From a virus, in IMG/VR virus record IMGVR_UViG_3300027969_004705, positions 8,672 to 72,671 of that record: DNA of 64,000 nt, one strand, 5' to 3'. The first letter of the stretch is position 1. Each line of letters starts with the position of its first letter. The notes below the pieces were generated by a model. It did no database searches. It saw nothing but the letters and a program-made list of their open reading frames with translations, and was not told the origin of the DNA. Positions 1-10,182 of this stretch are shown here, in pieces. Position numbers and translations under genes: made by a program.

Positions 1-1
1 T

Positions 2-166
2 TTAATTGTACTACAAGAAGAACGCTTGCGTAACATACTTAAGGAGCTATTATGTATAGATACTAATTATGAATTAGTTATGCTATTTATAAAGTATGAC
101 CCCCTAATTTCAGTTAGTAAATATGTAACTAGATTCTTGAATGTAAATACAAATCTTAAACTATGA
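2..166 (+). CDS. 3' part of a hypothetical protein (truncated by window edge)
   Basis: Open frame LIVLQEERLRNILKELL...NLKL* whose TGA overlaps the ATG at 163 (ATGA). Not in the ORF track. Confidence 0.6.
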   Translation, partial: LIVLQEERLRNILKELLCIDTNYELVMLFIKYDPLISVSKYVTRFLNVNTNLKL

Positions 167-810
167 TTAGCGAAAAGCAAAAATTAATATATAATTTCTT
201 TCAAACAGCTTCTCGTAAAAGCCAAAACAAACCATATAAACTAAGAGAAGATTTTACGAAAATAGATGATACAACTCTATTATGTATCCAAAAATTAGAG
301 TCTTTCTTTAATTCAAATCATAATATTAATTACACTGATTTCTTTATCGCACCGTATAAAATATTCACTGATACAACATACTTTGATATTAAATTCTATA
401 CAACGCGCAAAGCGATTATATGTTATACTGAATATAAAAAAAAGAAAGAATTTGAAAATCCTGATAATATTGATGTAATAAATAACTGTAAAGATGTTTG
501 CTTTTTTATCTATAAATTCTGTAAACTTAATAATTTAACTCTTGATGATTATAAAACTCGTTATAATGGATCAACTCCTGTTGTAATACAACATTTAAAA
601 GATCATAAAATTAACTTTTATGTACTTCAAGGATTAGCAATTGATAGTATTATTAATAAATATGATAAAAGTATAACTAATTTTATTATTAATGATTTCT
701 TTACTACATACAATACTACTCGCTCATTATTTATTAAATCAAATAACTTAAAAACAATCGTTCGAACTGCACTTCAAATAGTAGAAAAGAAACTATTGAA
801 AAGCGAATGA
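163..810 (+). CDS. Putative gp59-like helicase loader
   Basis: 215 aa, basic and aromatic-rich, directly upstream of the gp32-like SSB as gp59 is in T4-like phages. Call rests on size and synteny. Confidence 0.45.
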   Translation: MISEKQKLIYNFFQTASRKSQNKPYKLREDFTKIDDTTLLCIQKLESFFNSNHNINYTDFFIAPYKIFTDTTYFDIKFYTTRKAIICYTEYKKKKEFENPDNIDVINNCKDVCFFIYKFCKLNNLTLDDYKTRYNGSTPVVIQHLKDHKINFYVLQGLAIDSIINKYDKSITNFIINDFFTTYNTTRSLFIKSNNLKTIVRTALQIVEKKLLKSE

Positions 811-823
811 ACTGCTATATAAT
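806..823 (+). promoter_or_regulatory. Early-type promoter motif AATGAACT-N4-TATAAT, with TTGAAA at 796-801
   Basis: AATGAACTGCTATATAAT, one of 12 similar 18-mers in the window. Confidence 0.75.
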
Positions 824-846
824 TTATATATATCAATTGATATATT

Positions 847-880
847 AAAACCAAAAAAACAAAAAACAAAAAAACAAAAA
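847..880 (+). repeat. A-rich C(A)5-7 repeat leader upstream of the SSB gene
   Basis: aaaaccaaaaaaacaaaaaacaaaaaaacaaaaa, ending just before ATG 882. Confidence 0.7.
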
Positions 881-881
881 T

Positions 882-1724
882 ATGCTAAACTCAACAATGT
901 TTCAATCAATTAAAGCCGCGCTAAATAAAAATAATGACAATAGTAGCGGTGGTCTCTATAATGAAATTATGAAAACTGCTGTAGGTAATACTTATACAGT
1001 TAGACTATTACCTGATAGTAAGTCTCCTGCTGATACTTTCTTTCACTATTATGTTCATGGCTGGAGTTCTTTTGCTACTGGTGCTTATGTCCAAGCTATT
1101 AGTCCACAAACCTTTGGCGAGAGAGATCCGATTTCTGAAGAACGCTTTAGAGCAAAGCGTGCTGGAACTGACGATGAAAAGTCAAAAATGGAAGCTGTTC
1201 GTCGTTCAGAGAAGTGGCTTGTAAACGTATATGTTGTTGACGATCCAGCTAATCCTGAAAATAATGGGAAAGTTAAGATTCTTCGATACGGAAAACAACT
1301 TCAAAAAATTATCCTTGAAGCAATCGAAGGTGAAGATGCTGAAGAATATGGTGTTGAGAGGGTGTTTGATCTAGGACCTGAAGGCCTTAATTTAAAAATT
1401 AAAGTAGAGCAACAGGGCGATTATCCATCTTATGTTTCTTCACGTTTTACAGCATCCGGTAAACTTAAGCTATCTGAAGATGCACAGCAAAAGATTTACG
1501 ATAGTGCTTATACTCTTAAAGATGTATTTACTGTTAAGTCCTTTGATGAACTTAGACAAATGGTAGACGAGCATGTTTATGTTAAACTTGATAAACCTGC
1601 AGCTCCTGCTGTAGTGACTCCAACTGTACTTACTAATACCGTTAGTCAACCTACAAATGACTTTAAAGATCTTAGCGAATATAATATTGACGACGATCTC
1701 GATAACCTCTTAAAAGACCTCTAA
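882..1724 (+). CDS. gp32: Single-stranded DNA-binding protein (T4 gp32-like)
   Basis: VRLLP, YYVHGW, NVYVVDDPANPENNGKVKILRYGKQL, YPSYVSSRF, acidic C-tail DDDLDNLLKDL. Confidence 0.9.
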   Translation: MLNSTMFQSIKAALNKNNDNSSGGLYNEIMKTAVGNTYTVRLLPDSKSPADTFFHYYVHGWSSFATGAYVQAISPQTFGERDPISEERFRAKRAGTDDEKSKMEAVRRSEKWLVNVYVVDDPANPENNGKVKILRYGKQLQKIILEAIEGEDAEEYGVERVFDLGPEGLNLKIKVEQQGDYPSYVSSRFTASGKLKLSEDAQQKIYDSAYTLKDVFTVKSFDELRQMVDEHVYVKLDKPAAPAVVTPTVLTNTVSQPTNDFKDLSEYNIDDDLDNLLKDL

Positions 1725-1725
1725 T

Positions 1726-2142
1726 ATGACTCCAGAAGAAAAGCAGACTCTACTCCAGTTTATGGGAGTAACATACGGACAAGCACTTAAAACCGATCGT
1801 GATATTGTTGCTCATGCTGGCAATTTACGACCTGTAAGTGAACAGCTAAAACAGCAATTTGAGCAAGTAATGGCAACGCCAGTAGACAATAATACTACAT
1901 CCCCTACCCAATGGTCTCCACCTCCGACACAAAATGTGCCTATTATAGCTGAGGCAGCTGCTACGTATATTCCTCCAATTGTTAGTGCTCCTCCTGGAGT
2001 ACCTGTTATTACTAGTGAAGATAATATTAAGTTAATTGACGTTTTAACAAATATACAAGTAGCTTTAGAGAATATCGCTACTATACTTGATAAAAACACA
2101 ATACCTAATGTCAAAACAACGAAATCTAAAACTAAAGAGTAG
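1726..2142 (+). CDS. Hypothetical protein with Pro-rich linker
   Basis: 138 aa ORF tightly packed between SSB and clamp. Confidence 0.7.
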   Translation: MTPEEKQTLLQFMGVTYGQALKTDRDIVAHAGNLRPVSEQLKQQFEQVMATPVDNNTTSPTQWSPPPTQNVPIIAEAAATYIPPIVSAPPGVPVITSEDNIKLIDVLTNIQVALENIATILDKNTIPNVKTTKSKTKE

Positions 2143-2833
2143 AGTTGAATTTATAAAGTTCATAGATTCTTTTGCAAAAGTAAATGATTCATTTATTGCA
2201 GAAGTAACTACTGATAAAATATCGGTAATCACATCCTCGCCGGATAATACACTAATATTATTCGGCGAGCGTGAATGCTCATCGGAATATAGTACTAATC
2301 TAAATATACCTGATAGCAAAAAGCTAGTGCGAGTTTTAGATACAATTAATTGCACTGATCTAGAATTTACTCTTAATAATAACAATCTTGAATATAAAGA
2401 TTCCAATATTAAGTTTAAGTATCATCTTTTCGATGATGGTTTTTTAAGTAAACCGGCTCTTAGTATAGATAAAATTAAAAACTTTACTTTCGATGTTAGT
2501 TTTAAATTAACTAAACAGCAAATACAAACTATTATAAAAGGTAGTACTTTTGCGACTGAGACTAATAAGGTTTATTTATATACCGAAGAAGGTCGATTAG
2601 TAGCTGAGCTGACTGACAAAGCAAGACATAACACTGATTCATATGTAATGTCGTTAGGTGAAACTGATATTACTCTTGCTCCAATACCAATTAACTTTGA
2701 AAATATTAGACTTCTAACATTGCTTAGTGATGAGGTTTCTGTAAATATCAACACTAAGCATGGTGTTATTATTATTAATACAACAGTTAATACTACTAAA
2801 TTGTCTTATGTTATTACCTCTCTAACACAATGA
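2108..2833 (+). CDS. gp45: DNA polymerase sliding clamp (gp45-like)
   Basis: About 240 aa, clamp-like beta/alpha pattern (LNIPDSKKLVRVL, SFKLTKQQIQTII, INFENIRLL), replication context. ATG 2108 preferred over TTG 2087. Confidence 0.7.
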   Translation: MSKQRNLKLKSRVEFIKFIDSFAKVNDSFIAEVTTDKISVITSSPDNTLILFGERECSSEYSTNLNIPDSKKLVRVLDTINCTDLEFTLNNNNLEYKDSNIKFKYHLFDDGFLSKPALSIDKIKNFTFDVSFKLTKQQIQTIIKGSTFATETNKVYLYTEEGRLVAELTDKARHNTDSYVMSLGETDITLAPIPINFENIRLLTLLSDEVSVNINTKHGVIIINTTVNTTKLSYVITSLTQ

Positions 2834-3144
2834 ATATACACAAAAAAAATAAACTATCAACACCTAGTTATTTCTTGAAAAGACTTAAAGATAATCGATT
2901 CACGACCTTTAAAATTTTTCAAAATTATTCTAATGCTGATCCTCGTAAGTGGACGGTATTAGTAGATCCAGGAGGAGCTTCAATTTTTATCACTTGTTAT
3001 GAAAATAAAATTCAGACTAATGAAATATTATTTGAGTTTGCTGATGGTAATCAACTGTTTAATAAAAATATATTCATTAAAACCGAATCTATTGAAGTAA
3101 TAGTAACTATGTTACTTGAAGCAGGAGTACAACAACGACAATAA
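2830..3144 (+). CDS. Hypothetical protein
   Basis: 104 aa, ATGA overlap with the clamp gene, followed by a terminator. Confidence 0.7.
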   Translation: MNIHKKNKLSTPSYFLKRLKDNRFTTFKIFQNYSNADPRKWTVLVDPGGASIFITCYENKIQTNEILFEFADGNQLFNKNIFIKTESIEVIVTMLLEAGVQQRQ

Positions 3145-3159
3145 CCATACTATAATAAG

Positions 3160-3193
3160 CTGCTACAATAATTTTATTGTAGCAGTTTTTTTT
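3160..3193 (+). terminator. Rho-independent terminator
   Basis: ctgctacaataa / ttattgtagcag stem followed by T8. Confidence 0.8.
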
Positions 3194-3203
3194 GCTTAAA
3201 AAT

Positions 3204-3500
3204 ATGTCAATTAAAATATCTAAAAAAATAATACCAGCACAAAAAAACATCTTTGCATGTCTCCATGGTGATTATGTAGGAGAGATGTTTATATACATAG
3301 ATAAAAAAGATGATAACTATTTATTTTTATCTGTACCTAAAAATATTAATCGAATTATTCCAATAAAATCCTTTGATTCCGGAATGAACTTGGGTATACT
3401 TGAGTTTGTAGAAGTTACTCTTAAAGAAATTTATGATGTAGCAAAAGCTCAATTTATATATAACGAAACAAATGAAAACTCTTCTCATAGATGCAAATAA
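3204..3500 (+). CDS. Hypothetical protein
   Basis: About 98 aa from ATG 3204, overlapping the start of the RNase H gene. Confidence 0.6.
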   Translation: MSIKISKKIIPAQKNIFACLHGDYVGEMFIYIDKKDDNYLFLSVPKNINRIIPIKSFDSGMNLGILEFVEVTLKEIYDVAKAQFIYNETNENSSHRCK

Positions 3501-4332
3501 TTTAATACATCGCACATATTGGATCGCCAAAAATAGATCATCTGAAACACCAGATCAAATTAATAATTTCCATATCTTTTTAACCCTGAATGCTATCTTT
3601 TCATATGTTAGTGCATATGTTCCAGATGTTATTTACGCTGCTTGGGACGAAAAACCTGATTATGAAGCTAATGTTCGTAAGACAATGCTTACTGAATATA
3701 AAGGCAACCGTTCTAATGATATTTCTCCACATCAAAATAATGAGATTATTAAACAACTGTTTACCTGTTTATCTATCAAATCTATCTTTCCTCGAGAACT
3801 AGAAGCAGATGATGTTATTGCATATATCTGTAATGAGACTCCTGGTCATAAAAAGATCTTGTCTGTAGATAAAGATTTCCTTCAGTTAGTTAATGAAAAT
3901 ATTGTTTGGTTCGACCCTATTCGTAAAGAAGAGATTAATATCCATAATTTTGCTGCAAAAACAGGGTATCCTAATACTAAAGAATGGATGGCAGCTAAAT
4001 GCTTAAGTGGTGATAAGTCAGATAATGTATCAGGTGTACCTAAATTTGGTAAAGTAACGATTCAAAAATATCTTAATGGATCTATTGAACTAAATGAAGA
4101 GCAAAAAGAGATCTTTCATAGAAATCAAGAAATTTTCTCATTATCTAAATACTCTACTATGGAAAGAGAGATGACATACTATGCAGACCAGCTTAAAGAT
4201 GGAATTGATCCAGATTGGGATAAATTTATGGATCTTTGTAATGAAAGAGAGCTATTTAGCATTACAAAAAATAAAACTAAATGGTATAACTTGTTTTTTT
4301 TAAAGTCTAAGCTAACATCAATGTTTAGCTAA
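3472..4332 (+). CDS. rnh: 5'-3' exonuclease / T4 RNase H (FEN family)
   Basis: LLIDANN, YKGNR, LEADDVIA, SVDKDFLQL, LSGDKSDNVSGV motifs. Confidence 0.92.
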   Translation: MKTLLIDANNLIHRTYWIAKNRSSETPDQINNFHIFLTLNAIFSYVSAYVPDVIYAAWDEKPDYEANVRKTMLTEYKGNRSNDISPHQNNEIIKQLFTCLSIKSIFPRELEADDVIAYICNETPGHKKILSVDKDFLQLVNENIVWFDPIRKEEINIHNFAAKTGYPNTKEWMAAKCLSGDKSDNVSGVPKFGKVTIQKYLNGSIELNEEQKEIFHRNQEIFSLSKYSTMEREMTYYADQLKDGIDPDWDKFMDLCNERELFSITKNKTKWYNLFFLKSKLTSMFS

Positions 4333-5381
4333 TGTTACCTCAAGATTATGTTATTTTAAAGTTTTATGAGCTTGGTTATTATCCTAAGCATAACAAGTTC
4401 AATAATACCTATCAATGTGGCTGTCCGATATGTAGAGAAGGTACATCATCTGGTAAAAAACGTCGCTGTTATTATCTGCCAGAAAAAGATAATATTTTCT
4501 GTCATAACTGCGGTTGGTCAAGTAAGCCTACTAAATGGATTTGTGAAGCATCTGGATGCACTCCTGCAGAAGTATACAAAGAAGCTAAAGAGTATATACC
4601 AACTCTGACTGACTCCTCAGCTGCAGTAGTACAGAAGATTAAGAGTGGCACCTTACCTCAAGATAGTATTAACTTATCAGATAGTAATCAACTTGAATAC
4701 TATAAAGACAATGATACTCTGCGTGTATGTCTCCAGGTTATTAAGCAAAGACGATTAGATGTAGCCATAAATCGACCTGATAACTTGTATATTTCTTTAA
4801 CAGATTATACTCATAAAAATAGGCTAGTGATACCATTCGTAAATGAGCATAATGACATAGAATTTTATCAGTCTCGTACAATATTATCATACGATAATAA
4901 GAAACCTAAATATCTATCAAGAATCAATGCTGAGAAGACCTTATTTAATATTAATAAAGTTGATATTAATAGTGACTTTGTTTATATCTTTGAAGGTCCT
5001 TTAAATGCATTCTTTACAAAAAATAGCGTAGCAGTTGCTGGTATTACGGAAGGTAAGAATACCTTTACCCCTCGACAGCAAGAACAACTCGATACAGTTC
5101 TTAAATTACATAGTAAAATATGGGTTCTTGATTCACAATGGATAGATAAAGCTAGTTTTACTAAAACGAGAGTATTACTCGATCAAGGTGACAAGGTTTT
5201 TATTTGGCCTGAAAAAATTGGAAAGAATTTTAAAGATTTTAACGATATAGCTATCAGAGGTAAATTAAATGAAATAAAAGAAGAATTTATACAAAAAAAT
5301 TCCTACAGTGGTATTGTAGGAATTTTAAAGTTAACTGAGATTGCTAAGTTTAGAGGTTTAACTAACGTTAAACATACTTAA
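4332..5381 (+). CDS. gp61: DNA primase (T4 gp61-like)
   Basis: Zn-binding CPIC...CHNCG, RLVIPF, YQSR, PKYL, TOPRIM FEGPLNA, KDFND. Confidence 0.92.
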   Translation: MLPQDYVILKFYELGYYPKHNKFNNTYQCGCPICREGTSSGKKRRCYYLPEKDNIFCHNCGWSSKPTKWICEASGCTPAEVYKEAKEYIPTLTDSSAAVVQKIKSGTLPQDSINLSDSNQLEYYKDNDTLRVCLQVIKQRRLDVAINRPDNLYISLTDYTHKNRLVIPFVNEHNDIEFYQSRTILSYDNKKPKYLSRINAEKTLFNINKVDINSDFVYIFEGPLNAFFTKNSVAVAGITEGKNTFTPRQQEQLDTVLKLHSKIWVLDSQWIDKASFTKTRVLLDQGDKVFIWPEKIGKNFKDFNDIAIRGKLNEIKEEFIQKNSYSGIVGILKLTEIAKFRGLTNVKHT

Positions 5382-5799
5382 ACTGAGAATTATTTGACTG
5401 AGCGAGATAACCTTTGAATGATTCAGTTAAAGCTGCTAGTTCTGTAGCTACTCGAGCGATTTTCCGTTGCTCGGACTGCTTCATTCTTTCAAAAATAGTA
5501 TCTGGTTCTGCTCGTGATAATATTGTCTGAATAGAGTCAGAACTTGTACCGTTCAGAAATATAAGAAATTCATCACACTTTGCTACCCAGGAATTAAGTT
5601 GATTTTGCATTTGCTGAGCCTGCTTTGTCCTTATTTGAGAAGCTTGCCGAGTTAAATCTGCATAATCATTATCAGTTGGCTCATTATCAAGATCAAAATC
5701 AGATGGATTTGTATCTTTATCTAAAGAAGCTTCCATAGCCGCTCGTTCATTGTCTTGCTCCATGATGTGCTGGAAAAATCTATTTTGAAACTTATTCAT
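5368..5799 (-). CDS. Hypothetical late protein, possible capsid-internal protein
   Basis: 143 aa; N-terminus MNKFQNRFFQHIME; divergent from 5831 across an AT-rich promoter region. Confidence 0.65.
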   Translation of the reverse strand: MNKFQNRFFQHIMEQDNERAAMEASLDKDTNPSDFDLDNEPTDNDYADLTRQASQIRTKQAQQMQNQLNSWVAKCDEFLIFLNGTSSDSIQTILSRAEPDTIFERMKQSEQRKIARVATELAALTESFKGYLAQSNNSQFKYV

Positions 5800-5830
5800 A
5801 TGAATATTTATTCTTAAGATAAATAATTAT

Positions 5831-6157
5831 GTGAATATTTCTCAAAATCCCTATAGTATATCTAAAGCTAGTAACCCTATCTTTAAACAGAATATTTCTC
5901 CAGATAGTTTTAAAATTATGCAGGATGAAGAGAATAAAAGTAAAGCTCCAAAAACTCTACCTGAACCACTTCCAAAACTTACAGATATATTAGGTACTGT
6001 ATATGTATCTATGCTACAAGCAAAAGGTATAGTTAGTCAAACCGCCAGTAATGTTACTTCAGATTCTAAAAAATTAGATATTATAAAAAATAAAATTGAC
6101 AATATTAATAAAGAAATAGTTGATTTATCTTACCATCTTTCTATAATGTCATTATAA
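5831..6157 (+). CDS. Hypothetical late protein
   Basis: GTG start 5 nt after GATAAATA (5818-5825); coiled-coil C-terminus. Confidence 0.65.
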   Translation: MNISQNPYSISKASNPIFKQNISPDSFKIMQDEENKSKAPKTLPEPLPKLTDILGTVYVSMLQAKGIVSQTASNVTSDSKKLDIIKNKIDNINKEIVDLSYHLSIMSL

Positions 6158-6582
6158 TGACTTTTATTCCTAAATCTTTAATAATTACTTTCTGCATTAG
6201 TGTAGCTGCCGGCTTTGCACTTCGCTCTTTTTTAGGCTTTACTGAAATATTTGTCTTAGCTACAATTATACAGTATCTTCTTTTTTATTATATTAATTTA
6301 TACTTTAATAAACAAACCTCAGCTGAATCTCTTTCAGCTGAGTTAACTGAACTAACAACTAACATGGATACTTTAGTATCAAAGCAAGAAGTTCAAATTG
6401 AATGTCCGTGTGGCAATAATACAATACCTGTTGTGTTGTTTATGGATGAGGAGTTAGTGATTAATTGCAATAAATGTAACAATAAACTTAAAATAATTCC
6501 CGAAGTTAATGTATCATTAGTAACAGAACCAATTAATCTTGAAAATATAGAACCTATTTTTAATAAATTAAAAACGAACTAA
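6157..6582 (+). CDS. Membrane protein with Zn-ribbon (CPC...CNKC)
   Basis: Two N-terminal hydrophobic helices plus four Cys. Confidence 0.65.
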   Translation: MTFIPKSLIITFCISVAAGFALRSFLGFTEIFVLATIIQYLLFYYINLYFNKQTSAESLSAELTELTTNMDTLVSKQEVQIECPCGNNTIPVVLFMDEELVINCNKCNNKLKIIPEVNVSLVTEPINLENIEPIFNKLKTN

Positions 6583-6590
6583 CATATAAT
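6573..6590 (+). promoter_or_regulatory. Early-type promoter motif
   Basis: AACGAACTAACATATAAT, 6 nt before ATG 6597. Confidence 0.75.
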
Positions 6591-6596
6591 ATCTAT

Positions 6597-6839
6597 ATGA
6601 AACAGTTTAGTTTTGATTTAAAAGATGGTACTACAAAGGTAATGGAATTCGATGAATTTGTTAGGTGGATGTGTTTAGTAGAAGGTTTAGATGTTATTTC
6701 TAGAGCGTGTGAAGACCGTAATATTAAAGCAAATAATGATAACTGGATTAAACCTCTAGCTATTCAAAACTATATTGATGAGCGCTTTCATTCTATGAAA
6801 CATGACTTAACTGTTGAAACGTTACTTGGTAATATTTAA
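6597..6839 (+). CDS. Hypothetical protein
   Basis: 80 aa downstream of the promoter motif. Confidence 0.7.
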   Translation: MKQFSFDLKDGTTKVMEFDEFVRWMCLVEGLDVISRACEDRNIKANNDNWIKPLAIQNYIDERFHSMKHDLTVETLLGNI

Positions 6840-6842
6840 AAT

Positions 6843-7661
6843 ATGAAGTTTGTTACGATTACTGATGACAATCAATGGCGATATAGTTTAATTAATATTT
6901 TTGCCTTATATACTTTAAAATTAAAGTATACTTTTTACATATATACTACAACTCAGTACGCAAAAGAGTGTATATTAGAGACTCTAAGTAAATTTTCTTA
7001 TTTATTTAACTTTTTTGGTCAAGTTCATGTAAATGTAATACCTAGTTTTCAGGAGACATTTAATATTGAGGTAGCTAATACTAATCATAAATGGATTAGT
7101 ATTGCTACTTTAGATCGACTAGTTATACCTACTTTAGTACAACATAAAAATGACCGACTTTTATGGTTAGATACAGATACTTTAATTATTGATTCTGATA
7201 TTACTAAACTTTACTCTGAGACTATAACCTCTAATAGAGGTATTGCAGCTGTTCCTACAGATACGCTTTTATATAATCATATTCTTAATTTTAGTAATAC
7301 TCCTAATCTCTTAAGCCTCGCTAATACAAATAAAAGTACATTTAATGCAGGAGTATGTGTATATGATATAGAAAAATTTAATATGCAAGAATATACTCAG
7401 TTTATAGATGATATATTTGAACGAAATAATGGTGAATATGTTAATGATGAAATGATTTTAAATCTATACGATCAAAAGTATCAAGCTATCTCTAGTAAAT
7501 ATAACTGTCAGCCTTATAATAAATATATACCATCACAACAATCTATTATTCATTTTACAGGATCTGATTATAAACCATGGAATAAAAATATATACTCATC
7601 AGGTACTTATGTTAAGTATTATAAACTGTGGGAATATTACTTTGCTTGTTTATTTTCTTAA
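6843..7661 (+). CDS. Glycosyltransferase family 8-like
   Basis: RLVIP, WLDTD (DxD), FNAGV, NDEMILN, IIHFTGSDYKPW (HxxGxxKPW). Confidence 0.85.
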   Translation: MKFVTITDDNQWRYSLINIFALYTLKLKYTFYIYTTTQYAKECILETLSKFSYLFNFFGQVHVNVIPSFQETFNIEVANTNHKWISIATLDRLVIPTLVQHKNDRLLWLDTDTLIIDSDITKLYSETITSNRGIAAVPTDTLLYNHILNFSNTPNLLSLANTNKSTFNAGVCVYDIEKFNMQEYTQFIDDIFERNNGEYVNDEMILNLYDQKYQAISSKYNCQPYNKYIPSQQSIIHFTGSDYKPWNKNIYSSGTYVKYYKLWEYYFACLFS

Positions 7662-8704
7662 GCTTCAGACCAACTATAATTTATATAGTAATCAAAAAAG
7701 TTCATAAAACTTGAAACACCTGCGTAACTTGTCCCACCTGTGTAAATAGTGTTCGTTTCGCAACACTCGCAATTAATATTGAGAGCACTTAAAGTGTTAA
7801 TAGGAGTTCGATATAAAACAAGAGGAAATTTTAGTCTCGATATAAAAAATTTACTTGCTCTGTCTACCGTATTATCCCTTGTTAATATTAAAGAATTAAT
7901 ATCTTTATAAATTCCAAGGGGATTAGAAGATATTTTATAAAAAACTGTAGATACAGTATATGTACGGGTGCTATTGTTAATAGAGCTGCCCAATTCTGTA
8001 GAATAAAAGGTGGAATATGTTTTATTTACTATACCATAAATAATAGGATCTGGATAATTACGACCAAATTGCGGTAGACTTTCATTATTTTTACAGACAA
8101 TTAATGTACTTCCAGTTTTATACGTTCTATCAGCGTAAGGCACTTGATAGACTTGACTTGTAATAGGTACATAGTATGTATAGTTATCTAGAGTATTAAA
8201 TTGTAGTGATGTTTTGCTGTTTGTGTTCCAATTTAATTTAAGTCTATACGTAAATTCTAAGCTATCGCCTTTACTTATTAAAATAGGTTCAGCAAACACA
8301 TTTCTTGCAAAAGAACTAGCATTTATACCTCCCTTAATACTAAATTCATTTAGTTCTAAATCTATAACTGCTTGCGATGTATTATATACATTATAATGCA
8401 CGACAGTGCTTAAGTTTTCGTAAGATGTATTTGCTGTAACACGCGGAACATTAAGAAAATTACTATCTAATTGCGGAGTAATAACGCCTGAAAGTTGAAA
8501 GCCTAAAGATCCTTTTAAATCAGTACTAGTACCAAAATCTACATACCCTAATAGATCAGTGATGTTATTATTATACAAAGAAGCTAAACCTCCAGCGAGA
8601 ATAGTATTTCTACACCAATCACTTTCAAATGTTATAGTATTATTATTGGTAATTTTTACCTTATATTCTCCTACCAACCCTATGTTAAAGTCTAATTTAT
8701 TCAT
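7658..8704 (-). CDS. Putative virion/tail structural protein
   Basis: GEYKVKI...WCRNTIL..G, FARNVF, GDSLEFTYRL resemble tail-protein N-terminal domains; last gene of the structural block. Confidence 0.55.
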   Translation of the reverse strand: MNKLDFNIGLVGEYKVKITNNNTITFESDWCRNTILAGGLASLYNNNITDLLGYVDFGTSTDLKGSLGFQLSGVITPQLDSNFLNVPRVTANTSYENLSTVVHYNVYNTSQAVIDLELNEFSIKGGINASSFARNVFAEPILISKGDSLEFTYRLKLNWNTNSKTSLQFNTLDNYTYYVPITSQVYQVPYADRTYKTGSTLIVCKNNESLPQFGRNYPDPIIYGIVNKTYSTFYSTELGSSINNSTRTYTVSTVFYKISSNPLGIYKDINSLILTRDNTVDRASKFFISRLKFPLVLYRTPINTLSALNINCECCETNTIYTGGTSYAGVSSFMNFFDYYINYSWSEA

Positions 8705-9947
8705 TTGCGTATGTAATAGCGAAAGTTGTTAATAAAGTAGATGCACTTGTATATATACCTACCGGCCTGATATTATTCTCACTATAATATATACCATTCT
8801 TAGTTACTAATTGCCACTTACTTGTTACATCAAAACTAGTTAATGATAACAGTAGTGAATTATCTGTAGACGCGTAATTAAAATAATCTGTTCTATATAA
8901 AACAGTGTTTGTACAAGGTCCAAATATATTTAATTTATAGCCAAAATTAAAGTAGTCATGAGATGTAGTATATACAACCATATTTTCATCCAATCCAAAA
9001 CTACCGTTTATAACATATTTAGGTTGAAGAGAAATATTAGTATTATCAGCTGACTGTTCAATATCAGCACTATTAACTACAGTACTAGGGTCTACAATTA
9101 ATAATTTAGGTAAAGCTGTCGGTGTTGCTAGTATTGGATCAACATAAGGGCAACCTGAAATTAAACAAGTTGAAGTGTCTAACGATAAAGTTGTTAGTGA
9201 TTGAAATACAGATCCAGACTGTAGTGAAGGACTATCAGATTTACCTTCTACCGTTAGATTTCCAAAAAAGACTCTAGTCACACTACTACTGCCAGAGACC
9301 TGCGTAGCGAAGGTTATTCCGGGTCTTATCCTACTGCTAGGAGCTATTGTAAAAGTAACATCTTGTGTTAGAATATTTATAAAATCTTCGTTAGCAGAAT
9401 ATCTATAATCTATATATAATGTCCTACCTATGTTACCCAATCTTGCTCTTATTGTTTTTTTATTACTATCAACAACATTAAAATTATAAGCTGATAGTCT
9501 CCGATTAACATTATATTCACTATATTTATAATATGGCGCAGCACCTCTTATAGAAATAGAATTACTAATACGTTGATTATCTGCAACACCATCACGTACG
9601 GCAGATAAGCTAGAAGTAGCTGATACAGCAAAACAACCAGTACTATCAAATCCGACACCTATTAAAGCTCCAGATAATCCTGCACTTAATGACGAAGCAA
9701 TCGTCCATGGTGTATTTTTAGCTGATAGACCCGAATAACCTAAATCTATTGTGCTATTACCGCCTAAATACGATGAGAGAGGTAAATTGTAAGAATCTTG
9801 TAAGAATACACAAAATCCTAACTGTGTATCTGCTGATATATTTGCGACATAGTAATCAAATGACCAGACGATATCAGAATACGGTGTAAAGTCCTTTTCA
9901 AAGAATTGAATGACTTTCGTATTAGAATTGCTAATCGGATACTCCAT
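8697..9947 (-). CDS. Virion protein with legume-lectin/ConA-like domain
   Basis: WSFDY, GFCVFL, LGYSG, LIGVGFD, NSISIRG motifs; TAAATA 6 nt upstream. Confidence 0.6.
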   Translation of the reverse strand: MEYPISNSNTKVIQFFEKDFTPYSDIVWSFDYYVANISADTQLGFCVFLQDSYNLPLSSYLGGNSTIDLGYSGLSAKNTPWTIASSLSAGLSGALIGVGFDSTGCFAVSATSSLSAVRDGVADNQRISNSISIRGAAPYYKYSEYNVNRRLSAYNFNVVDSNKKTIRARLGNIGRTLYIDYRYSANEDFINILTQDVTFTIAPSSRIRPGITFATQVSGSSSVTRVFFGNLTVEGKSDSPSLQSGSVFQSLTTLSLDTSTCLISGCPYVDPILATPTALPKLLIVDPSTVVNSADIEQSADNTNISLQPKYVINGSFGLDENMVVYTTSHDYFNFGYKLNIFGPCTNTVLYRTDYFNYASTDNSLLLSLTSFDVTSKWQLVTKNGIYYSENNIRPVGIYTSASTLLTTFAITYANE

Positions 9948-9961
9948 ATATCATATTTAAT

Positions 9962-10174
9962 TTAAGACTCTTTTATAAACACACATGTAACAGTATTAGA
10001 TTCAGCAAAGCTACTAGAGTGTACTAATTTATAGTTAAGTTTTTTATACTCTTTAACTAAAGTCTTTAATAACTCCGTCTTTAAATTAATTACAATACTA
10101 CCCCGCTTAGGATCTACAATAAGAGAGTCAGTAAATTCTTCTCCTAATGCTACTATGCGACTTTTAATTTTCAC
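9962..10174 (-). CDS. Hypothetical protein
   Basis: GTG start 5 nt after TTAAATA. Confidence 0.6.
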   Translation of the reverse strand: MKIKSRIVALGEEFTDSLIVDPKRGSIVINLKTELLKTLVKEYKKLNYKLVHSSSFAESNTVTCVFIKES

Positions 10175-10182
10175 ATAGTTAT

